From Octopus sinensis (lineage: Eukaryota), in NCBI RefSeq assembly GCF_006345805.1, contig NW_021824969.1, positions 1-16,898 of the forward strand: DNA of 16,898 nt, in the 5' to 3' direction. This document shows positions 1-7,638 of the stretch, in pieces. The translations under genes were made by a program, and so were the position numbers. Position 1 is the stretch's first letter; the number at the start of each line of letters is the position of its first letter. The notes under the pieces were generated by a model. It saw nothing but the letters and a program-made list of their open reading frames with translations, had not been told where the DNA came from and searched no databases.

Positions 1-252
1 GAGACCTGCATGGGGTGGATAAGTGTCTTTAAAATGAAGCTGGATCTCTTCCTGTCAGGTGTCCCAGATGAAACCAAACTTCACGGCAGGAGGGGCAGAT
101 GAGGGCAGCTGCATCGAACTCTCTCATTGCACCAAAGAGCAGTTGCTAGAAAGCCTCCATGAAGTGAAACCAAGTAGCAACACCAAATGGCGGTGCCCCA
201 GCATGCCACAGCTCATAAGCTGAAACTAGAATCAATCAATCAATCAATCAAA
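1..252 (+). mobile_element. 3' end of a non-LTR retrotransposon (LINE, CR1/L2/Jockey group): decayed ORF2 C-terminus, 3' UTR and (AATC)n tail
   Basis: Frameshifted translation DLHGVDKC / FKMKLDLFLSGVPDE / ..SRQEGQMRAAASNSLI matches the FKxKLDxxLxxVPDEP...RxAxSNSL C-terminal signature of invertebrate LINE ORF2. It ends in a short tandem tail (atcaatcaatcaatcaatcaa, 231-251). The element continues upstream of the window. Clade assignment is from memory. Confidence 0.8.
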
Positions 253-253
253 A

Positions 254-347
254 TACATGTATATATGTGTATTGTATATGTATATCTACATCTATCTATC
301 TATATATATATATATATATATATAGATATATATATATATAATTATAT

Positions 348-416
<69 letters not shown>
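254..416. repeat. (TA)n-dominated microsatellite
   Basis: Directly visible long TA run with occasional G/C interruptions. Confidence 0.97.
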
Positions 417-419
<3 letters not shown>

Positions 420-560
420 GTAGATATTATATTCGCCTATGTATATATGAATGTGGATATATATTCGTATATGCATATATAAATGTAGATATAGATATTC
501 GCTTATGTATAAATGAATATGGTTATATATGCGTATATATAGTTATAAATGTGGATATAT
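416..560. repeat. About 65-bp tandem repeat (2 units plus a partial third)
   Basis: Unit 1 (416-480) begins aaatgtagatattatattcgcctatgta. Unit 2 (481-546) begins aaatgtagatatagatattcgcttatgta. A partial third unit, aaatgtggatatat, starts at 547. Confidence 0.8.
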
Positions 561-997
561 AAATATATACATCCACATTTATATTACATATACGCATACA
601 CAGGCATACATACATTGAGAGACAGACGTACATACAGACAGAGAGATAGGTAGGTAGAGAGGTATATCCCCACATACACATATTTGTATATATACGTGTG
701 TGCCTATGTGCATGTGCGTGTTTGTGAGTGTATATATGTATATATATGTGTGTGTTTGTGCGTATATATATGTGTATGTGTGTGTGTGTGTGTGAGTATG
801 TCTGTGTGTCTAGTTATTAATGTATATGTATGTGCACAATGCGTGTGAACTAAGCATCTCAGTTTGTGACTGCATAGGTGAGTAGACTTGTTGGCAGCTA
901 CTTTTGTTATTAATCAATTAATTCCAAAAAAACGCCTTTCTTTATTTCTGATCTAATTAAAAATCTCCATCCCACCACACATTTTACGTACGTATAT

Positions 998-1160
998 ACT
1001 CTCTTATCTGTTTCAGTCATTTCACTGCGGCCATGCTGGAGCACTACCGACTTTAGTCGACCTCAGGACGTATTCTTTGTAAGCCTAGTATTTATTCTAT
1101 CGTTCTCTTTAGCCGAGCCACTAAGTTACGGTGATATAAACACACCAGCATCCGTTACAA
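998..1160 (-). mobile_element. SINE family A, 3' half (host copy interrupted by a nested SINE)
   Basis: Reverse complement matches the 3' half of the full-length copy at 6683-7106 (ccatgctggagcac, ctttgtaagcctagta, gccgagccactaagttacgg). Confidence 0.9.
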
Positions 1161-1295
1161 TGCTTACCAACAACATTGTTCCGGGTTCAGTCCCACTGCG
1201 TGGCAGCTTGGGCAAGTGTTTTCTACAATAGCTTCGGGCTGACCAAAGCCGCCTGAGTGGATGTGTTAAACGGAAACTGAAAGAAGCCCGTCGTA

Positions 1296-1363
<68 letters not shown>

Positions 1364-1600
1364 GTGTTGGGTGTGTGTGTGTGTGTGTGTATGTTTGTGT
1401 GTCTGTATTGTCCCCCTAGTATTGCTTGACAACCGATGCTGCTGTGATTATGTTCCCTCACTTAGCGGTTCGGCAAAAGGGACCGTTAGAATAAGTACTA
1501 GGCTTCGAAAGAGTAAGTCCCGGGATTGATTTGCTCGACTAGAGACGATGCTCCAGCAGGCCGCAGTCAGATTACCGAAACAAGCAAAAGAGAAAAAAGA
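1161..1600 (+). mobile_element. SINE family A, near full length (missing about 30 bp of 5' end), with internal (TA)n(TG)n tract
   Basis: Colinear with 6683-7106. B-box-like ggttcagtccc, body gacaaccgatgctg...cttagcggttcggcaaaag, tail gaaacaagcaaaagag. Confidence 0.92.
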
Positions 1601-1814
1601 TATATATGTATGTATGCATGTATGTATGTATGTATGAATGTATGTATGTATACGACGGGCTTCTTTCAATTTCCATCGACCAACTCCACTCAGAAATCTT
1701 TGGTCAGCCCAGGGCTACAGTAGAAGACATTTGCCCAAGGTGTCACGTAGTGGAACTTAACCCGGAACCATGTGGTTGGTAAGCAAGCTATTTACTATAC
1801 AGCCACTCCTGCGC
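1601..1814 (-). mobile_element. SINE family A, 5' half including tRNA-derived head (other half of the host copy at 998-1160)
   Basis: Reverse complement reads gcgcaggagtggctgtatagtaa...gcttaccaaccacatggttccgggttaagttcc (A/B-box-like), through gaaagaagcccgtcgta and the internal microsatellite. Confidence 0.9.
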
Positions 1815-2010
1815 GTATGTATTTGTATGAATATACGTGAATAAATGTATGTATACGTGTGTGTTTGTGTTACTCAGCCTGTATGTATATGTAAGATCAT
1901 ATGATTTATGTGTTTGTACGTGTGTATGTGTGTACCTCGTTATGTATATGTTTATGTATGGCTATATGCCTGTGTGTTTGTTTGGGTGCGTGTGACTGTT
2001 TAGGTGTGTA

Positions 2011-2189
2011 CGAAATCGACCTCAGGACTTATCCTTTGTAAGCCTAGTACTTATACCATCGGTTCCTTTTGCCGAACCGCTAGGTTACGTGGACGTAAAC
2101 ACAACAGCTGTTATCAAGTAAGGGTGCGGGTACCAACACAGACTCACAAACATATAAGTATGTATATAAACAAACACACACACATGTAT

Positions 2190-2239
<50 letters not shown>

Positions 2240-2290
2240 TCAGGCTTCTTTCAGTTTCCGACACCTGCCCAAGGTGCCAAGCTACACAGC
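2011..2290 (-). mobile_element. SINE family A, internally deleted fragment
   Basis: ctttgtaagcctagtactta, ttttgccgaaccgctaggttacg, internal (TA)n, then ggcttctttcagtttccg joined to acacctgcccaaggtgcc. Confidence 0.85.
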
Positions 2291-2470
2291 ACATTTGTGC
2301 CTATATATGTACGTTTCTCATTAACACTCCTTATCAAACTGTGAATAACAACCCACAATAGTTTCAAAACCGCTTTTAACCAGGAGACTATCAATCACCA
2401 TTTGTACATATAAACATATAATTAGTGGAGCGGAAAAGACGTTTCTATTCATGTTTTCAAAAATAGTATA

Positions 2471-2505
2471 TACTAGCAAAGATACCCAGCGTGTCTCGGG
2501 ATTAA
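2471..2505 (+). mobile_element. Possible Helitron/Helentron-like terminal relic
   Basis: tactagcaaagatacccagcgtgtctcggg resembles the ACTAG...CCCGGCG..CCCGGG subterminal hairpin terminus of non-autonomous Helitron-like families. Short and degenerate. Confidence 0.3.
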
Positions 2506-2524
2506 AACGCCATAGTTTTTTACT

Positions 2525-2720
2525 GTTCTACTTATATCGGTCATATAGATGAGGCGATGCTGGAGCACCGCTTACCGTTGAAGAAATCGACCCCAGGATT
2601 TATACTTTGTAAGCCTAGTACTTCTATCGGTGTGGTTTGCGAAACGGCTAAGTTACGAGGATGTAAACACAAAATCGGATGTCAGACGATGGTGGGGGTA
2701 CAAACACATGCACACATACG
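2525..2720 (-). mobile_element. SINE family A, diverged 3' half
   Basis: gatgctggagcaccgc, atcgaccccagga, ctttgtaagcctagtactt, ggctaagttacg, gggggtacaaacaca. Confidence 0.85.
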
Positions 2721-2818
2721 TATATATATTACCTTTCACTTTTCAGTTGCTTCAATGTTGTTCCATTTGATTTCAAATTTGGTTTATTGATGTAGTTTTG
2801 TATGGTAATTATGGAAAT

Positions 2819-3114
2819 GAAATAATTAAGCAATTAATAGCTTTCGATTGGCTATAGTTTTAAAAGCTATTAATTGCTTAATTGCTTCCATAGAAAAAGC
2901 CAAGCTGTTCCGTAACCTGTTTACTCCTGTGTGACTATCGTGGACCACAACGTTCGGTCTGTTAACTCGAACAAAACAAGTGGAAAGCACATGGGCCTCT
3001 GTAAGGCGAAGAAATAAACGACGCAGTTCTATGGTTGATTCGTATACTTGCGAGTTTACATGGTGCAAGAGGTGCGGAAATTGTAATTTGTTTGACAAAC
3101 TCTTAGATTTTTAG
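2819..3114 (+). mobile_element. Merlin-superfamily (IS1016/IS1595-like) DDE transposase relic, C-terminal part
   Basis: Frame +1, 2971-3114: TKQVESTWASVRRRNKRRSSMVDSYTCEFTWCKRCGNCNLFDKLLDF* fits the Merlin/ISXO2 pattern HTxxIESxWxxxK...DSYLxEFxWR...xLF. Upstream TIVDH (about TVNH, frame +3), KAINCL (about KAYNCL) and EIIKQLIA (frame +2). Frameshifts and stops are present. Confidence 0.8.
2824..2883. repeat. Perfect 21-bp inverted repeat with 18-nt loop
   Basis: aattaagcaattaatagcttt (2824-2844) is the exact reverse complement of aaagctattaattgcttaatt (2863-2883). Confidence 0.95.
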
Positions 3115-3635
3115 GAAAATTACGTCAAAAATTCATCACAGAAAATATACGTCTAAAATAATATTGCTTTAATAGATAGATGTATAAATATATACAATAT
3201 GATTATTCAAACAGTTTAAACTGTGCCTAAACGTCTGTAGGTCTAATTATGTATTTTTTGTCTGGAAATTACTTCGCGCCTACTTTTCCTGGAACCAATT
3301 TATTCAATTCTACTTAGATATCAGCGATGGATTTTCGGTTTAGAAAATTAACTTCATTAGTTATTTAAAAGTAAAAAAAAATGGACATAAATTCGATCGA
3401 GCTGTATATACGGATTCACAAATCTCCAGTAAGATTGAAAAGTTACATATACGTGAACTACATCTACTCGCAATAACCGGCTACACTTACTAAAGCAGAA
3501 GTACTAAACAGTTGTAATTAAATATACTGAATGCTTTAACTGCCAGGACATGAATAAACGATATGTACCTAGACAGACAGACAGACAAATGTTATAGAAG
3601 CAATAGACAAGGATGACATTTCAATTGTTTATATG

Positions 3636-3866
3636 TATTTCTTTACTACTCACAAGGGGCTAAACACAGAGAGGAAAAACAAGGACAGACAAACGGATTA
3701 AGTCGATTACATCGACCCCTGTGTGTAACTGATACGTAATTTATCGACCCCGAAAGGATGAAAGGCAAAGTCGACCTTGGTGGAATTTGAACTCAGAACA
3801 TAACGGCAGACGAAATACGGCTACGCATTTCGCCCGGCGTGCTAACGATTCTGCCAGCTCGCCGCC
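3636..3866 (-). mobile_element. SINE family B, full length, tRNA-derived, with 13-bp target-site duplication
   Basis: Minus strand starts ggcggcgagctggcagaatcgttagc (A-box-like), has gagttcaaattcc (B-box-like) and ends agtagtaaagaaata. Flanked by aattgtttatatg at 3623-3635 and 3872-3884. Confidence 0.93.
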
Positions 3867-4907
3867 TTTAAAATTGTTTATATGGTAATGGATATACTGC
3901 AATCCATATGCTGAAGTGCATTACGGAAAAAAGAAATTCAGTTTCTCTCTCTATATATATATATTGTAATACCAATGATTTAGTGAAATGGGTTGTAACT
4001 ATATTAATAAACAAACGTATATCATTTTCTACAAGATCTACTGACAATGATACTGTTGCATTTATATTGCATAAATCTCTCAGTGTACGGACGGAAATTA
4101 CAGGGGATATTATATTGAAATAAACTACTAATCTTTTTTTAAAATCTTATTGCCCGTTTTTGTGCAAATTACTTTTGCCTCTGTTTACACATATTCAGCT
4201 AATCATGACAGTTGTTGAAATACACCATATTATTCATACCATAGCAACTCGAAAGTGTATGCAATTCCTGAAATTTGTAAACTTCTGTAGTGCAAAAATA
4301 TTGAACTCTCTTATTAAAAACAGAATCACTATATTTATAGTCTATTTTTCTTATACACTGCTGTTAATTTATAGTTTTCTAAATATATCTTATCTTATAT
4401 TCTAATTGACTAGACTGAGTTATCTCAATGAATTACAAATATTTCAAATTAAATTGCCATGTTATATTTTCCTAATTTGAAGCGTGAAGATGTCTGTGAT
4501 TTATTTACACTTTATAATATGAACGTTTAAAAATATATTAATAAACCGAGTTATATAATTGAGCTTAATTTTCGACAGCAGAGATTAGAGATCTTGTAAT
4601 GGCACAAACATAACAGTCAGTGATAGTTGGAAAAATCATTAGTTACATTCGAGTGACCTGTAAGTATAAATTACAACGGCAACAATATCACTAAATATAT
4701 TATTCGATTACTACTGATAATAAACATAACAAAATAAGTTTTAAAAAGAAAATTGAAGAAGGAACGTGTTCATAGTTGCTATGCATAATGTAATTGTTAA
4801 TGGTACAAATACAAATAATGAATATTTTCCACAAACGCCTGTCCCTTCTAAAAGTATGGGAATGGGATAATCAAAGGGATATACTAGCTTTATTGAAGAT
4901 TTTTTTA

Positions 4908-4977
4908 TGTGTGTGTGTGTGTATGTGTGAGTGTGTGTATGCGTGTGTGTGAGTGTTTGTGTATGCATCGGTGTGTG
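4908..4977. repeat. (TG)n compound microsatellite
   Basis: Directly visible. Confidence 0.95.
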
Positions 4978-5439
4978 TAATATACTCCATCTGGTCGACG
5001 ATGTGGTGGGCCTTATGACCTGACATGCTCCATAATTGCGAGGGCTCCCCCATATGGTAATGGTTCTGAAAGGTGTAGAATGTGTGTAAGAGAATCGTAT
5101 ATGATCCTTAAATTATATAACGCCTATATGTTAAATAGGTTTTCAGACGCGATCCCCTCCTGTAGCCATAAATTTCACTGTACATTTCTAAAAATCTATC
5201 GAATTAGATCCACAAGGGAATTGAATAAAGGTTGTAGTTATAATTACGATTCCTCACGCTTTGGATTCTTCTGCTCATAGCAAACATGAGATCATTTGCA
5301 TACGAGCTGTTTATTAGGAACACATGATTCTGCTTTATTAATACGACAGCAGCTACCAGTATGATGGCAGCCACAAGAAGGTTTACCGTTTTTAGTCGTT
5401 TGGCTAAATTTATTTAAATGCGGTGTAAAAAAAAATGTG

Positions 5440-5649
5440 TTATTGTTGGTTTGGTGTATTGTGTTCGTGTAATATTTGTATTACTGTGTTGTTGGCAGTT
5501 TGAACTGTTATACCCCTTTGCGCGAAGAGGGAACTATTATTTTGTGGGTCTTTTAACTCAAATAACAGTCCAATTTGTTTGCGGGGCGTCAACCCCATGA
5601 AAAGAAATTGTTGTAAAATATGCCTTCGGAGCCTAGAAAGTAGCATCAC
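5440..5649 (-). CDS. Candidate terminal coding exon, unknown product
   Basis: Strong acceptor tttcttttccatgtatttttcag ends exactly where a 69-codon open frame begins (VMLLSRLRRHILQQFLFMGLTPRKQ...NQQ*), with AATAAA about 30 nt after the stop. No recognisable homology. Confidence 0.2.
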   Translation of the reverse strand: MMLLSRLRRHILQQFLFMGLTPRKQIGLLFELKDPQNNSSLFAQRGITVQTANNTVIQILHEHNTPNQQ

Positions 5650-5912
5650 CTGAAAAATACATGGAAAAGAAACGAAGGGATTAAACGATGTGTCAAATAT
5701 TTTTTAAATGTGTCCAATCAGAGTCATGCTAATGTCATATTCAGCATAAGCATTGCGACCGACAAAGAAACAATAGGATTTCAGATCCCCTTTGGTCGAA
5801 ACCAACAGGAGAGTCCATCATGAACATCATCATATATATTTATATATGTATGCATATATATACCGCAGTGGACTATTGGCGATTTTCCCTTCTTTCTCTT
5901 TGGACTTTCCTG

Positions 5913-5948
5913 TTTCCGACTAAGGGCGATGCTCGAAACGTTAACGAC
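5913..5948 (+). ncRNA. Possible decayed minimal hammerhead ribozyme (Penelope pLTR-like relic)
   Basis: ttccga-ctaagg-gcgatgctc-GAAA-cgtt: stem II gggc/gctc with GAT loop, intact GAAA and palindromic ACGT stem III. The CUGANGA box is damaged (CT-AAGG). Confidence 0.35.
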
Positions 5949-6024
5949 AAATCTCTCCTTTCACCGAGCGTTCGTCGCTTTGTTTTTTCTTTGTTATTTT
6001 AATTGTCCGTTTATTTCAATTATC

Positions 6025-6032
6025 TATGTATG

Positions 6033-6063
<31 letters not shown>

Positions 6064-6112
6064 CTGTGTGTGTATGTGTGTCTGTGTGTGTGTCTGTGTG
6101 TGTGTGTGTGTG
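6025..6112. repeat. (TA)n(TG)n compound microsatellite
   Basis: Directly visible. Confidence 0.95.
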
Positions 6113-6270
6113 TAGTCGTATTATAAGATATTTGCTTACCGACTTCAAGGTTCCGGGTTGGCACCCACTGTCTGACATTTGGTGTGACTGCAAATACCTA
6201 TAGACCCGATCAGACCACAGTTTTCAAAGTGGTTTTTGTAAATTGGAACGAAAGAAAACCATACACGTAT
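6113..6270 (+). mobile_element. SINE family A, old diverged 5' half
   Basis: ttgcttaccgacttcaaggttccgggttggcacccactg...ctatagacccgatcagacc...gtggtttttgtaaattggaacgaaagaaaacc aligns with 6710-6840. Confidence 0.7.
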
Positions 6271-6437
6271 ATACACGGACATACCTGCGCACACACATAC
6301 ACACACAAACTCAGACAGAAAAACACACACAAGCATATATATTTTAGGAAGTTAATCGTTGTAGCTAATCAGAGATTGACCATTGGCGGCACACCTATTA
6401 AGCGCTTTGCTGAAAAGAGCGACTGGACAAACTCAAA

Positions 6438-6545
6438 AGGCCGAAGAAGCACAACCTCTTCACCATCTCCCTCGAGGTAGAGCGATTATGCGCCTTCGAT
6501 GATAAGGGTCTCTCTAATTGTCTGTACGGTTAAGCGCCTTACAGT
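6438..6545 (+). mobile_element. Probable Polinton/Maverick-type protein-primed DNA polymerase B C-terminal fragment (decayed)
   Basis: Frame +3 RPKKHNLFTISLEVERLCAFDDK...*APYS has the residues and exact H-to-DDK spacing of the pPolB terminal motif RSxxHxxxTxxxxKxxLxxxDDKR...LPYG. The segment is visibly GC-richer than its flanks. Confidence 0.5.
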
Positions 6546-6597
6546 TGTGAACGAATGTGCACTCACTGAACGTCCATAACGATTAATGTCCTAAAAA

Positions 6598-6608
6598 TGT
6601 ATATATAC

Positions 6609-6667
<59 letters not shown>

Positions 6668-6682
6668 TATTATATATTTATA
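6598..6682. repeat. (TA)n microsatellite (left flank of SINE)
   Basis: Directly visible. Confidence 0.95.
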
Positions 6683-7105
6683 GGCGTATGAGTGGCTGTA
6701 TAGTAGTAGCTTGCTTACCAACCACTTGTTCCGGGTTCAGTCCCACGGCGTGGCACCTGGGCAAGTGTCTTCTACTATAGACTCGGGCTGACCAACATTG
6801 TGAGTGGATTGGTAGACGGAAACTGAAAGAAGCCCGTCATATATATATATATATATATATATTGTGGTGGTGTGTGTTGTGTGTGTGGTGTGTTTGTGTG
6901 TATGTGTTTGTCCCCCAACATCGCTTGACAACCGATGCTTGGTGTTTATGTCCCCGTTACTTAGCGGTTCGGCAAAAGAGACTGATAGATTAAGTACTAA
7001 GCTTACAAAGAGTAAGTCCTAGGGTCGATGTGATCGACTAAAGGCGGTGCTCCAGCATGACCACTGTCAAATGACTGAAACAAGTAAAAGAGTAAAAGAG
7101 TAAGA

Positions 7106-7106
<1 letters not shown>
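6683..7106 (+). mobile_element. SINE family A, full length, tRNA-derived, inserted in a TA tract
   Basis: Head ggcgtatgagtggctgtatagtag (A-box-like) and ggttcagtccc (B-box-like). Internal (TA)n(TG)n at 6839-6910. Tail ggcggtgctccagcatg...ctgaaacaag(taaaagag)n. Resembles the tRNA-derived octopus SINEs; subfamily name not assigned. Confidence 0.95.
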
Positions 7107-7157
<51 letters not shown>

Positions 7158-7174
7158 TATGTATATATAATATA

Positions 7175-7413
7175 TAATAGTAGTAGTAGATGGATTTCGT
7201 ATTTGACATTTATTAGGTACAAATATGCTTCGACCATCAGTATGTGTCTCTTCAGCTACATTGTTAAATATGTCTCGCTAGAGATTTTTTTGTGTCGGCT
7301 GGCTTGTTGTTATATGCCTATCAAAGTTCGGGCGTATAGCCCCGAACTTGATAAGCATATAACAACATATGTTTTATCTAATAAAAGTCTAATAGGAGTT
7401 CCATCAACTATTA
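7175..7413. mobile_element. MITE-like foldback element with about 45-bp imperfect terminal inverted repeats and an internal hairpin
   Basis: tagtagatggatttcgtatttgacatttattaggtacaaatatg (7184-7227) aligns with the reverse complement of 7366-7410 (tagttgatggaactcctattagacttttattagataaaacatatg). Flanks are TA-rich. Confidence 0.6.
7305..7367. repeat. Near-perfect 63-nt hairpin (26 Watson-Crick pairs, 8-nt loop)
   Basis: tgttgttatatgcctatcaaagttcggg / cccgaacttgataagcatataacaaca, with one mismatch and one bulged A. Confidence 0.95.
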
Positions 7414-7568
7414 ATTAATACTATTTCCCTAACTGACACTTCGGAGTTCCTGATGTATGTCTAAGCATGTGTACTACAACTGCGGATGTCAACAGTAGCA
7501 AAAATAGTACAGGTGCTCTATGCAACCTTAAACACACTAATTGAAACTATACTTATTTGTCGAAATCA

Positions 7569-7569
7569 T

Positions 7570-7605
<36 letters not shown>

Positions 7606-7638
7606 TATATATATATATATATATAATATAATATATAT
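7569..7638. repeat. (TA)n microsatellite
   Basis: Directly visible. Confidence 0.95.

Noticed and set aside
2826-3098. 90-aa minus-strand ORF that looks protein-like
   Set aside because: It is the antisense shadow of the Merlin transposase relic, whose recognisable motifs are on the plus strand.
3211-3224. Perfect 14-bp palindrome acagtttaaactgt
   Set aside because: Short and AT-rich, so plausible by chance in 17 kb. No associated structure.
5147-5200. AIPSCSHKFHC resembling a RING-H2 segment after a plus-strand acceptor
   Set aside because: Cys spacing after the second His is wrong and the other RING ligands are absent.
6683-6760. tRNA-like A/B boxes here and at 3790-3866, 9843-9910 and 15475-15540
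   Set aside because: These are SINE heads continuous with SINE bodies, with no complete cloverleaf, so they are not called tRNA genes.
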